Shown here: piece by piece, positions 27,441 through 36,938 of the stretch
How the letters are laid out: each line of letters starts with the position of its first letter
Position numbering within the stretch: position 1 is the first letter of the stretch
IMG/VR virus record: IMGVR_UViG_3300050821_005690
Location: 38,450 to 102,449 of that record
DNA: 64,000 nt
DNA from: a virus
Strand: one strand, 5' to 3'
Translations under genes and position numbers: made by a program
The notes under the pieces: model-generated
What the model saw: only the letters and a program-made list of their open reading frames with translations
Told to the model about the DNA's origin: nothing
Databases searched by the model: none

Positions 27441-28940
27441 ATGGTGATGTCGGCCGGATCGAGGATCGGCCGCACGCGGGTGCCGACTACCGGCGCGCAG
27501 CCGGCGTTTGCGCAGAAAAATACGACCGGCACTTTCACTGGGTCGAGCACGACAGTCTTTGTCATGGCCGGTCTTGCCCTGACGATTACGCCGAAGGTGA
27601 CCGGCAACATCCTGGTGACATTTCAGGGGTTTCTAACTTCTACGGCCGTTACGATCAATGAAGGGACTATCCTTCAGATCGCATATGGCACCGGCAATCC
27701 GCCAGCAAACAATGCTGCTGCTATAGGCACCCTCGTCGGCGAGCCAACACAGTTCGGCTTTGGCGTGGCTCAGACAACGGCTGCCGACTTCTTTCAACCG
27801 ATCTCGCTCTCTTCCTTGATCCAGGGATTGACTCCTGGCGTAACTTACTGGATCGACATCCAGGTTAAAGCGGTCACCGGGATAAATGTTATTGTCACCA
27901 ACGACCCGGTTCTGACCGCGATAGAGCTTGGCGGTTCGCAGCCCGCGACTGCCCCTGTGCAGGTATCCGGAGGTCCCGGACCTGTGTTTGGCGGCCGCCT
28001 GACGTTGACCTCGGGCACGCCGGTCCTCAACGTCAATACGACGGCGCAGGGCACGGTCTTTTATACGCCGGCGGATGTTCCTGGCAGCGGCACGGTCGCA
28101 ATCTACAACGGGAGCAACTTTGCGAATTATCCGTTCACTGAGCAGAGTGTCGTGCTCGACAGCACGAACTGGCTGCTTGGTCAGGTCTATGACTGGTGGA
28201 TGTTCCTGGTCGGCACCACGCCCACGCTCGGCTACAATGCGGCGTGGACCACGCCCCTGGCGCCATCGGCGGCGCGGTCGGCGGCGCTGGCGCGCCTGAA
28301 CGGGGTTAGGACTAACGCCGCGCAGATCACGATACGAACGAGCAGCGGCACGACGTTTGTCGTGCCAGCGAACCAAGCGACTTACGTGGGGTCAGGCTAC
28401 GGCACTGCGAACGCCCAGACCGGCATGAACTTCAACCCGGCTGCGGCGCTTGGCGGCAACAACCTCTTCCTCGCTCTTTACAATGCGCAAAACAAGGTTC
28501 CGATACTGGCGATTTCCCGAGACAGCACCGCCAGTTGGACTTACGCGACCAATACTTGGCACGTTGCCAACTCGGGGGGCACTGGATCGGGGTTGAATAA
28601 CCGCATTTCCTGGCTGGATGGACTGGCGGATTGTTCCGTTTTGGCCACCTATTCTACGCAGGTAGTCGTGGCTGCGACGCTAAATTCAGCAGCTCTTGGC
28701 GTCACTTTTAACTCCACTTCGGCGACGCCGGCGCAAGCTGCGGAAGCCCGCAGCAATAATGCGGGCACGGCCATGCGGATACCCCCTATAGCTTATGGTG
28801 TCACTCCACCGATCCTTGGGCTTAGCTTTGCTCAAGCGATGGAGATTGCACCTGACGCCGCTACTGTTACTTTTGAGAGCACCGACGGCATCGGCGCTGC
28901 CGGGCAACTTCAGCGGCTAACATTGCAATTGAGTATGTGA
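27441..28940 (+). CDS. tail/head fibre protein
   Basis: GGRLTLTSGTPV...YTP..G....YNG; LYNAQN...DSTASWTY motifs; Thr/Gly/Ala-rich. Confidence 0.7.
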   Translation: MVMSAGSRIGRTRVPTTGAQPAFAQKNTTGTFTGSSTTVFVMAGLALTITPKVTGNILVTFQGFLTSTAVTINEGTILQIAYGTGNPPANNAAAIGTLVGEPTQFGFGVAQTTAADFFQPISLSSLIQGLTPGVTYWIDIQVKAVTGINVIVTNDPVLTAIELGGSQPATAPVQVSGGPGPVFGGRLTLTSGTPVLNVNTTAQGTVFYTPADVPGSGTVAIYNGSNFANYPFTEQSVVLDSTNWLLGQVYDWWMFLVGTTPTLGYNAAWTTPLAPSAARSAALARLNGVRTNAAQITIRTSSGTTFVVPANQATYVGSGYGTANAQTGMNFNPAAALGGNNLFLALYNAQNKVPILAISRDSTASWTYATNTWHVANSGGTGSGLNNRISWLDGLADCSVLATYSTQVVVAATLNSAALGVTFNSTSATPAQAAEARSNNAGTAMRIPPIAYGVTPPILGLSFAQAMEIAPDAATVTFESTDGIGAAGQLQRLTLQLSM

Positions 28941-29494
28941 AAATGCCCGACATCCAGCCACTTCACAACGCCGTTGCCGCTGCCGCGCTTGCCGCTGGTT
29001 CCGTGCCGCAGCAGCCTGTTGTTGGGGTTTCCGTTGGCAATTGGGCCGACAAAGCCACGTGGGGCATAACCTTTGATCTTGCGGCTACGGCAGCGCAGAA
29101 GTCGGCGGCGCAGACCGCGTTGCAGGCTTTCGATCCCGCTGGTGCGGCTGCAACCAGCCAGGCCACTTTCGACGCGGCTTTTGCCGCCGGCCTCACATTG
29201 ACTTGGACAATCAGCACGGCGTTGAACGACGTCTATCCGATCGACACGGCAACTCAGGTGCGGATGCTGGCAGAGCGCGTTCAAGTTCTGATAAACGGGA
29301 CTTTCACCAACGGCACGACAACGCTGACTTGGTTCGGAATTACGGGCACGTCGCATACGATGACGCTCGCGCAGGCCGGCTTATTTATCAAGGCAGTGTG
29401 GGCGTACCTCAGCGCGCTGTTCGTTGCGCGCGCGGTCGCTGCCTCTGGCGGCACGCCGTCGTGGCCGTTGTCTAGTGTAACGATCACGGGCTAA
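28937..29494 (+). CDS. fibre-associated protein (DUF4376-like C-terminus)
   Basis: follows fibre gene; YPID.ATQ...W.......MT..Q.....KAV..Y. Confidence 0.55.
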   Translation: MKMPDIQPLHNAVAAAALAAGSVPQQPVVGVSVGNWADKATWGITFDLAATAAQKSAAQTALQAFDPAGAAATSQATFDAAFAAGLTLTWTISTALNDVYPIDTATQVRMLAERVQVLINGTFTNGTTTLTWFGITGTSHTMTLAQAGLFIKAVWAYLSALFVARAVAASGGTPSWPLSSVTITG

Positions 29495-29498
29495 AGTC

Positions 29499-31583
29499 AT
29501 GCCTTTCCTCTTAGGGGCTCCGCTTGCTGGGCGCCCCTACATGGGCGCGCTGCCTATCGCCGCGCCGTTCGCGGGCCGGCCGTTCGACGTCCCGTTCTCG
29601 CCGCGCCGGCCCCCCGAGTTTCAATTTCCGAACCTTGTCTTAACCGCAGCAGCACCGGCGAAGCCCGTCGGCGCGGTGCTGGATGAGACGATCCCGCAGG
29701 TCCTGCCCCGGCAACTCGACTTCCAGTTCCCAAATATCCCGGTGCTGGCCTCCGCGCAGTCGCGTGTTGTGCCCGTCGGCAAGGCGATCGACGAGACCGT
29801 CCCGCTGCCGCCGCCGCACCCGGTCGACTTCCAATTTCCCAACGTCGCGCTGCTCAATTTTGCCCAGTCGAGGGTCGCATCCGTCGGCAAGGTGATCGAC
29901 GAGACTACCCCCCAGGTCTTGCCTCGGCAGTTGGATTTCCAGTTTCCGAATCTTTCAGCGCTGGCCTCCGCGCAGCAGCAGGTCCACCCGGTCGGCGGTA
30001 CGGTCGACGAGACTGTTCCGCTGCTGCCGGCGCATCCGGTTGATTTCCAATTCCCCAATGTCGCGCTGCTCAACCTCGCGCAATCGCGGGTCGCGTCCGT
30101 TGGGAAGACGGTCGACGAGACTATTCCGTTGCCGCCGCCGCACCAACTCGACTTCCAGTTCCCAAATCTCTCGGCGTTGAACGCCGAGCAGTCACAAGTC
30201 TTCCCTGTTGGGACGGCGCTAGACGAAACTGTCCCGTCTCCGCAGCCCAAGCAACCAGACTTTCAGTTCCCAAATCTCCCCGCCCTTACGACCCCCGTTG
30301 CTAATCCAATCATCCCGCAGTTGTTCGGTGACCGACCCGCGCCGCAGCAGCGGGTGCAAGAGTTCGTGCCGCCGAACATTGCGCTTGGCTACTTTGCGCA
30401 ACTGCAAGTCAAGTCGGTTGGTGCGGCAATCGATGAAACGATCCCGGCGCCACTGCCGCACCAACTGGACTTCGCCTTCCCGAACGTTGCGTTCTTCACT
30501 GCCCAAGTCGTCACGGTCGGCAAGACGATCGACGAGAGCACGCCGCAGGTTCTACCGCGGCAACTCGACTTCCAGTTTCCGAACATTGCGCTGCTGAATT
30601 TTGCGCAGTTGCAGGTCTCTCCGGTTGGCGCAAAGCTGGACGAGACCCTTCCGCTGCCGCTGCCGCATCAACTCGACTTTGCTTTCCCGAATGTGGTCAT
30701 CGCAACGGCAACCGCTGCCGTTAAGCCGGTCGGAGGCGTGCTCGACGAGACCGTTCCGGCGCCGCTACCCCGGCAGTTGGACTTCCAGTTTCCCAACATC
30801 TCGGCGCTAAGCGCAGCGCAAGCGCAGGTCCATCCGGTTGGCGCTGCGGTGGACGAGACCGTTCCTCGGCCGCCTCCGCATCAATTAGACTTCCAGTTCC
30901 CCAACGTCGCGCTTCTTGGGTTTGAGCAACTACAAGTCAAGTCGGTTGGTGCGGTACTCGATGAGACCACACCGAAGCCGCTTCCACGCCCGCTAGACTT
31001 TGCGTTCCCGAACGTCGCCCTTGACATAGCTCAGATCCAGCCGCCGTTCGTTCCGATCTTCGATCGGCCGGTTGTGGCGCGGCCGCCGGTTGATGTGCTG
31101 TTCCCGAACCTGCTGACGACCACGCTTGTCGTCACCACCAAGCCGGTTAGCGTGCCGCTGTTTGGCGACCGCCCGGCGCCGCAGCCGCGGCCGCAGGACT
31201 TCGTTCCGCCGAACATCCCGCTGCTCAACTTCGCGCAATCGCAGATCAGGCCGGTTGGGACATCCATCGACGAGACCGTCCCGGCGCCGCAGGCGCGGCA
31301 GGTCGATTTCCTGTTTCCGAACCGAATCATCTTTACGACCGTTCCTGCCACACCACCCGTTCCGCAGTTGTTTGCTGATCGTCCGGCGCTGCTGCCGCCG
31401 TCGCAAGATTTCCTGTTCCCGAATCTCGCGCTGCTGGAGGGGGAGGAAGAAAGCTTAAGATGGCGCGCTATCCTCGCCCAAACGAGTCCGGGCGCTGTCC
31501 TGCTACGCCATCCCCCGGATTGGGTTATGAAGGAGATCGAGTACGAGGACGAAATCGCCATGATCATCGCTTCGTCGTTTTGA
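29499..31583 (+). CDS. Pro-rich tandem-repeat protein (~18 units of ~33-36 aa)
   Basis: repeating VG..xDETxP...P.QLDF.FPN; acidic-hydrophobic C-tail EDEIAMII. Confidence 0.85.
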   Translation: MPFLLGAPLAGRPYMGALPIAAPFAGRPFDVPFSPRRPPEFQFPNLVLTAAAPAKPVGAVLDETIPQVLPRQLDFQFPNIPVLASAQSRVVPVGKAIDETVPLPPPHPVDFQFPNVALLNFAQSRVASVGKVIDETTPQVLPRQLDFQFPNLSALASAQQQVHPVGGTVDETVPLLPAHPVDFQFPNVALLNLAQSRVASVGKTVDETIPLPPPHQLDFQFPNLSALNAEQSQVFPVGTALDETVPSPQPKQPDFQFPNLPALTTPVANPIIPQLFGDRPAPQQRVQEFVPPNIALGYFAQLQVKSVGAAIDETIPAPLPHQLDFAFPNVAFFTAQVVTVGKTIDESTPQVLPRQLDFQFPNIALLNFAQLQVSPVGAKLDETLPLPLPHQLDFAFPNVVIATATAAVKPVGGVLDETVPAPLPRQLDFQFPNISALSAAQAQVHPVGAAVDETVPRPPPHQLDFQFPNVALLGFEQLQVKSVGAVLDETTPKPLPRPLDFAFPNVALDIAQIQPPFVPIFDRPVVARPPVDVLFPNLLTTTLVVTTKPVSVPLFGDRPAPQPRPQDFVPPNIPLLNFAQSQIRPVGTSIDETVPAPQARQVDFLFPNRIIFTTVPATPPVPQLFADRPALLPPSQDFLFPNLALLEGEEESLRWRAILAQTSPGAVLLRHPPDWVMKEIEYEDEIAMIIASSF

Positions 31584-31666
31584 GGGCGGACTGATGACAA
31601 AAAGCTGGCGGTCGCGTATATCGGGGGCGGCGAAGGGGCTGAGTCGGAGAAATAGGGGGCTACGAA

Positions 31667-32584
31667 ATGGCGCATCCGCATCGCAATGAGGCCAAGGACG
31701 GCCACAACGCCAAGCTCAAGAGGATGACCGATGGTTACGGTCTCGCCAGCGGCCCCGCCAACAACATCGACGCCCCGCCCGAGCGGTACAAGGGCGAAGG
31801 TCCCGAGGATGCAATCGGCTTCGGGGCAAATTCAGAACAGCCTCGCGGTCGATCTGATCGCGCCAATCGCAAGCAGTTAGTCGCCAATCCGGTTGCCACG
31901 CTCAAGCATGGCGGCCATCCGAAACATCGCAAGTACGGCGGCCGCGCCGAGGGCGGGCCCGCTGGCGCTCTGCTCTCAGAAAGCCGTGGTTTGGCCCCGA
32001 TCTCGCAACGCGCACGCGGTGGCCGCAAGGGGCATGGCAAAACTCAGGTCAATGTTCTTGTGGCTCCGCAGCATGGGGGAGCGGGAGCGTCTGGGGGCGC
32101 ACCCGTTGTACCAGTACCGCCGGTGGCTGGGGGATTGCCACCGGCGGCCTTGCCGGCCCGTCCGGCTGGACCGCCCATGGGTGCCGGGCCGATGGTCCCG
32201 CCCGCGCCGATGCCAGGGCCGATGGCCCCGGGCGCTCCCGGCGGTATCCCGCCCGGCGTGCTTCCGCCCCGCAAGCACGGCGGGCGGGTTCATAGCGACG
32301 AAGCCGAGGACAAAGCGCTGATCGAGAAGTCGCTGAAGAAGCATCACCTCGTTCGCAAGGACGGCGGCTCGATCGGTGGTTCAGCGAGCGGCGATGAGAT
32401 GATGGCGCACTCCCGCAAGGAACAGGGCCTCAAGGCTCCGGTGGTTGCCAGCGAGGGCGAGGGCCACAAGCCCAAGGGCAGGCACATGCCCCACCTCAGC
32501 GGTGGCTCGGTTTCCGGTGTAGGCCGTCTTGAGAAAACCGAGTGGATGCGCAAGCACCCGGACCGCCGCACACAAGAGGTTTAA
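31667..32584 (+). CDS. low-complexity head-associated protein with repeated xxxGG motifs
   Basis: LKHGG, RKYGG, RARGG, RKHGGRV, RKDGG; GRLEK near the end. Confidence 0.75.
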   Translation: MAHPHRNEAKDGHNAKLKRMTDGYGLASGPANNIDAPPERYKGEGPEDAIGFGANSEQPRGRSDRANRKQLVANPVATLKHGGHPKHRKYGGRAEGGPAGALLSESRGLAPISQRARGGRKGHGKTQVNVLVAPQHGGAGASGGAPVVPVPPVAGGLPPAALPARPAGPPMGAGPMVPPAPMPGPMAPGAPGGIPPGVLPPRKHGGRVHSDEAEDKALIEKSLKKHHLVRKDGGSIGGSASGDEMMAHSRKEQGLKAPVVASEGEGHKPKGRHMPHLSGGSVSGVGRLEKTEWMRKHPDRRTQEV

Positions 32585-32802
32585 TGGACCCGGCCCGGAT
32601 CATTGATCCGTTCTTCCGTGATCTCGATCGGGTCATTCGCGAGAAGCGAGATCTGCGGGTAGAGCAGATGCTTGCGGGTTCCGCTGTTGATTTTGCTGAG
32701 CACAAATGGCAAATAGGCTATCTTCAGGCTTTGCACGACGTCCTCCAATGGGGTGAGGACATCGAGCGCGACCGATACGGACGCAAGCCAGATGCGGCTT
32801 AG
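32584..32802 (+). CDS. conserved small head-module protein
   Basis: DFAEHKWQIGYLQAL helix hairpin upstream of GroES-like gene. Confidence 0.7.
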   Translation: MDPARIIDPFFRDLDRVIREKRDLRVEQMLAGSAVDFAEHKWQIGYLQALHDVLQWGEDIERDRYGRKPDAA

Positions 32803-32816
32803 GGGGCTTTCACACG

Positions 32817-33338
32817 ATGGCGGAAGGGTCATTGATCGTGCCGAGCAATGTAGCTCGGGCGCGACGCGCGCAGCTTGCTGAACAGCAACCGCAGCGTAAG
32901 GGGCTAGGTCGAGCGGTCCACGATGTGGACCCGATCCAGGAAATCCTCGATCGCATTGGGATCGCGAAACTTGGCGATCCGGTCACTGACCCGAGGGATG
33001 GCAAGCCATGCAAGTTGTTTGGCAACCGCCTTCTGGTCGCCATTTACCAGCGGCCGGAAAAGATGGACGCTGGTGGCGGGAACACCCTCTACCTTTCCGA
33101 TCAGACCCGGCGTGAGGACGAGCACCAGGGAAAGTCCGCCCTCGTGCTCATGATGGGGCATTCCTGCTTCAAGTCGGACGCCATGTTCGATTTTGGTCCC
33201 GACAAGGTCGAGATCGGCGAGTGGATTTCGCTGTGGGTGACCGACGGTCGCAAGATGGTGCTCAATGGCCAACTGTGCCGCATCGTCCGCGATCAGGATA
33301 TCAACATGGGCCTTCCGGCGCCTGACATCGTCTACTGA
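32817..33338 (+). CDS. GroES-like co-chaperonin
   Basis: GNRLLV..RPEK..GG.LYLSD...VL.MG...VEIGEWI...CRIVRDQDI. Confidence 0.8.
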   Translation: MAEGSLIVPSNVARARRAQLAEQQPQRKGLGRAVHDVDPIQEILDRIGIAKLGDPVTDPRDGKPCKLFGNRLLVAIYQRPEKMDAGGGNTLYLSDQTRREDEHQGKSALVLMMGHSCFKSDAMFDFGPDKVEIGEWISLWVTDGRKMVLNGQLCRIVRDQDINMGLPAPDIVY

Positions 33339-33353
33339 CCGAAGGGGGACAAA

Positions 33354-33611
33354 TTGGCGGATTTTTTAGGCGATCCAAAGCCGGAGCGGGTATTGGGCGG
33401 ACCGAACCTGTCTCATGTGCTTTCAGTCGGTGCGGTGATAACCGAGACCGATCATCGCGGCCTCAACATTGATCCGACTACGGAAATCGCCGTTTGCATC
33501 GGCGTTGACGGCGCCATTGAGCGGGCAATGTTCAAGATGTCTCCGTCAATCGCGCGCGAGTTTGCAGGGCGCATGATCGAAATATGTGACCAAGCCCAAA
33601 AAGGGGAGTGA
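33354..33611 (+). CDS. hypothetical protein
   Basis: GGGGGA RBS, TTG start. Confidence 0.55.
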   Translation: MADFLGDPKPERVLGGPNLSHVLSVGAVITETDHRGLNIDPTTEIAVCIGVDGAIERAMFKMSPSIAREFAGRMIEICDQAQKGE

Positions 33612-33614
33612 CCC

Positions 33615-34688
33615 ATGGCTGGGGAAGCGGCAATCGAAGTTCCTGACGACACCATCATTGACGTCGAGGTGGACGCGGGAGAGGGCACGGAAGGCGCTAC
33701 AGGCGCTGGCGAGGGCGCGAAGGGGGCAGGTGAGGGGGGTGCCGTAGTCTCACCAGCGGCCTCGGCTGCCACGACAGACGCCCTTGCAGACGCCCAGGCA
33801 AAGATCGAGGAAGAGCGCCGCCGCCGTGCAGCCGCCGAAGCCACGGCAGCCGCGGAACGCCAGCGTGCGGACCAAGCCACGCGGATGGCGCAGCAGTCCG
33901 AGCAGGAAGCCGCTGCTGCCCGCGAGGCCATTGCCAGTGGCGAGATGACCGCGGTCACGACCGGCCTTGCCAACGCCCAGAAGGCGCTCGCCTCGGCCAA
34001 GGCCGAACTCAAGGCGGCCCATGAATCCGGCGACGTGGACAAGATGGTCGACGCGCAAGAGGCGATCGGCAACGCCACAGCCGAGCTTCGAGATTTCAAC
34101 AACCGCAAGACGGCCCTGGAGTCCGGCAAGCGGACCGGGGTGGGGACCACCGAACCGCGACCGTTCACCACGCTCTCTCCGCTCGAACATTACATCCAAG
34201 CGAGCAATTTTGCCCCAGTGGCCCAGAACTGGCTTCGTGCGCACCCCGAGTGCGCGCCGCCGATCGCGGGTGGCAACGAAAAGAAGAACAACGCGATGAT
34301 GGCGGCACACTACGATGCCGTCGACAAAGGCATTACGCCGAACACGTCGGAGTATTTCGAGCACCTCGAAAAGCGCATTGCTAGCGGCGAGGCTTCGGCA
34401 GCGGCTGACCCGCGATCGAAGGCAGCAGCATCCGTGCCGGCCGCACCGGCCCGCAGGGCGGCGCCATCGGCTCCGCCGACAAATGAACCGCTTGCAGCCG
34501 CGGGCACGCCGGTGCGCTCGATGCGCTCGGTCCGCCTCTCGCCGCAGCAGCAGGAAACCGCGCTCTTTTCCTATCCAGCCAAACCCGGCGAGGACGATGA
34601 TGCGCACCGGCGACGCGCCTTCAAGGTCTACGCGCAAGAGTTTCTGAAGGCCCAGGCCGAGGGGAAAATCGGGCGGCTAACACACTGA
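33615..34688 (+). CDS. capsid scaffolding-like protein
   Basis: acidic N-terminus, long coiled coil, W...HP, SEYF, C-terminal VRLS..Q...YA. Confidence 0.7.
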   Translation: MAGEAAIEVPDDTIIDVEVDAGEGTEGATGAGEGAKGAGEGGAVVSPAASAATTDALADAQAKIEEERRRRAAAEATAAAERQRADQATRMAQQSEQEAAAAREAIASGEMTAVTTGLANAQKALASAKAELKAAHESGDVDKMVDAQEAIGNATAELRDFNNRKTALESGKRTGVGTTEPRPFTTLSPLEHYIQASNFAPVAQNWLRAHPECAPPIAGGNEKKNNAMMAAHYDAVDKGITPNTSEYFEHLEKRIASGEASAAADPRSKAAASVPAAPARRAAPSAPPTNEPLAAAGTPVRSMRSVRLSPQQQETALFSYPAKPGEDDDAHRRRAFKVYAQEFLKAQAEGKIGRLTH

Positions 34689-34745
34689 TAATCACAGTGT
34701 ATTAGATAATCATTGATTCCGTAATACGGGAAAACGGGGGCTTCG

Positions 34746-35330
34746 ATGAATACTCCAACTGGCCAATCCGGCGGCACGAGACCGGGGCAAGGCAAAACGT
34801 CACAGACGGGAACACCGCAGGTGCCGATGGCGGCCCGGCCGACAGAGCATGTCTCGACCGAGAATCTTCGGGCCGAAGACAAGCGCGGAACTGAGCACGT
34901 TCCTCCGCGCGCGCGCACGAGACTGCGCAAGGGCCTTGTGCAGCGGGATGAGTTCTTCGTCCCGATCGAGGAAATCCCGGACGGCCTGACCTATGAGTGG
35001 AAGCGGTTCAGCGTGAATGGCCAGGAAGACCCGTACTACCTCGCCCAGATGCGCGAGCAGGGGTTCGAGCCGGTTCCGCCCTCCCGCCACCCGAGCTGGA
35101 TCCCGCCGGGCTACAACGTCCCGCACATCGTCAAGGGCGGCATGATCCTGATGGACCGGCCGGTCGAGTTCACCAACGAGGCGCGCGCCGAGGCGCACGA
35201 TGCCGCCAACAAGCAGATCAGGGAAGCCGAGCAGCGTTTGGGTAAAACCCCTGTAGGCGAAATGATCCGCGAGGCTCCGAAGGTAATCAAGGAAATCGGC
35301 CGCATGGTGCCGATGGCAATCGAGGAATGA
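34746..35330 (+). CDS. conserved head-module protein
   Basis: IPDGLTYEWKR.SV.G...GFEPVP..RHP...GMILM.RP. Confidence 0.75.
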   Translation: MNTPTGQSGGTRPGQGKTSQTGTPQVPMAARPTEHVSTENLRAEDKRGTEHVPPRARTRLRKGLVQRDEFFVPIEEIPDGLTYEWKRFSVNGQEDPYYLAQMREQGFEPVPPSRHPSWIPPGYNVPHIVKGGMILMDRPVEFTNEARAEAHDAANKQIREAEQRLGKTPVGEMIREAPKVIKEIGRMVPMAIEE

Positions 35331-35836
35331 TCTCCCGCCGCTTCTTTCTCACGGGTGCTCTGGCGGCGCCAGTCGTGGTTGCCGCCAGCAACCTCGTGCC
35401 GCTCCGGGGCATCAAGTTCGATCCGATCATGCGTGTTCAATCATGGCCGATCGGGGAGAGCGCTTTCGGCGCATATTGGTCGCATGAAGGACCGCTGTCG
35501 AAGATCGGCGCCGTCGAAGAGACTATGCGGGAGATGTTCGGCGCCGCGTATCACCAGAAGATCGATTTTCCTATGCCCGGGGGGCCGATGTCCATTTTGG
35601 GTGTGCGGCCGACATTCGAGGAATGCGCGGAGCATCACCGGATGGCTAATAGTGGGTACGGGCCGAACGATCCACCCCCCAGGCGTTTTGCTTACAGAGG
35701 CGGCGTCGTCCGTCCTGATTCTGCTTATCCTCTCGAAGAGCAGAAGCGGGACATCGATCGCTACAAGGCGTATCACACCAGATCGACCAGGGCGCTTCGC
35801 AAACAGCTTGCCGAAATCTGCCATTGGGGCGCCTGA
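35327..35836 (+). CDS. twin-arginine-leader hypothetical protein
   Basis: MISRRFFLTGALAAPVVVAASNLVPLR leader. Confidence 0.7.
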   Translation: MISRRFFLTGALAAPVVVAASNLVPLRGIKFDPIMRVQSWPIGESAFGAYWSHEGPLSKIGAVEETMREMFGAAYHQKIDFPMPGGPMSILGVRPTFEECAEHHRMANSGYGPNDPPPRRFAYRGGVVRPDSAYPLEEQKRDIDRYKAYHTRSTRALRKQLAEICHWGA

Positions 35837-35839
35837 CAA

Positions 35840-35864
35840 GTGATATAAAGGCCTCCGGGGAATC
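35840..35864 (+). promoter_or_regulatory. candidate late promoter motif GTGATAT-N5-CCTCCGGGGA
   Basis: same spacing and sequence at 47918-47942. Confidence 0.5.
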
Positions 35865-35891
35865 GGATGCGGAGCGGGGGCTTAGCGGAGG

Positions 35892-36596
35892 ATGTCGTAC
35901 GACTACAACGGCTTCGTTCAGTCGCTTGCGGGCATGCTCGTCATCCCCGCGACTAACACCGACTTCCTCACCAACCTTCCGAACGTCATCGACGACGCCG
36001 AGCAGCGCATCTACCGCGAGCTTGATCTTCTAGCGACCATCGTTCGCCAGACCGGCGCGTTTACCATGAACAGCCGCAACTTCATCCTGCCGAGCGGGGC
36101 GGGGCGGTTCGTGGTGACTGAGTCCATGAGCGTCATCGATCTTAGCGGCGCCCGCCGCGCCTTGATTCCGGCCTCGCGCGAGTACATCGACTTCGTCTAC
36201 GGATCGGACACGCCGAACACCACGCCATCCTACCCCGAATACTACGGGATGCTCACCGACCAGACGGTCCTTGTCGGACCGCCGCCGGACTCGGCCTACA
36301 CAGTTGAGGTGACCGGGACCATCCGGCCAACGCCGCTCTCGCCCACCAACACGACCACGTATCTTACGAACTACCTGCCGGATCTGTTTTTGGCCGAGGC
36401 TATGATCTTCGGCTACGGCTACATGAAAGACTTCGGGGCAATTGCGGACGATCCGCAGGGGTCCGCTAGCTGGACGAAGCACTACCAAGACTTGTGGCAG
36501 TCGGCCAACACCGAGGAGCAGCGCAAGCGCTACGCCTCGATGGTCTGGAACAGCAAGCAGCCGTCACCGATCGCAACGCCGCCGCGAGCGCAATAG
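35892..36596 (+). CDS. head-tail adaptor protein
   Basis: IDDAEQRIYRELDL...VGPPPDSAY.VE...NTTTYL..YLPDL. Confidence 0.75.
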   Translation: MSYDYNGFVQSLAGMLVIPATNTDFLTNLPNVIDDAEQRIYRELDLLATIVRQTGAFTMNSRNFILPSGAGRFVVTESMSVIDLSGARRALIPASREYIDFVYGSDTPNTTPSYPEYYGMLTDQTVLVGPPPDSAYTVEVTGTIRPTPLSPTNTTTYLTNYLPDLFLAEAMIFGYGYMKDFGAIADDPQGSASWTKHYQDLWQSANTEEQRKRYASMVWNSKQPSPIATPPRAQ

Positions 36597-36617
36597 GACG
36601 AGTCATAGAAAGGTAGC

Positions 36618-36929
36618 ATGAAAATGCTTGCAGACGCACCGTTTTCGCTTCCTCGAAATGACACAGGCGGAGGTGTCACTAGAGCAACGGTTGACGACCT
36701 TATCCTCTATTTTGCAAATAACCTTCATCTTTTGCTCGTCGAATTAGATGGTGGATTACAAGAAAACTTTCCAGGAATTGTGTCGACAGATTCAGAGACC
36801 ATCCCTGGCGTTCCGACGCGGCGGCATGAGGGGCAGAAAGGCGAAATCGTTGATGCTCTGGAGGAATGCCGAAAGCTGGTATGGCGAGCCAAGAAAATGG
36901 TTGCCTCGCGCATGCCTGCCGTAAAATGA
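36618..36929 (+). CDS. AT-rich inserted hypothetical gene (moron-like)
   Basis: AAAGG RBS; more A/T-ending codons than neighbours. Confidence 0.55.
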   Translation: MKMLADAPFSLPRNDTGGGVTRATVDDLILYFANNLHLLLVELDGGLQENFPGIVSTDSETIPGVPTRRHEGQKGEIVDALEECRKLVWRAKKMVASRMPAVK

Positions 36930-36938
36930 GGGGGAACC

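Noticed and set aside
29499-31583. CRISPR-like or DNA-level repeat array
   Set aside because: Repeats are conserved at protein level with synonymous divergence; no spacer structure or cas genes
36618-36929. Tad1/Acb2-like sponge protein
   Set aside because: Only a vague helical pattern; characteristic motifs not evident
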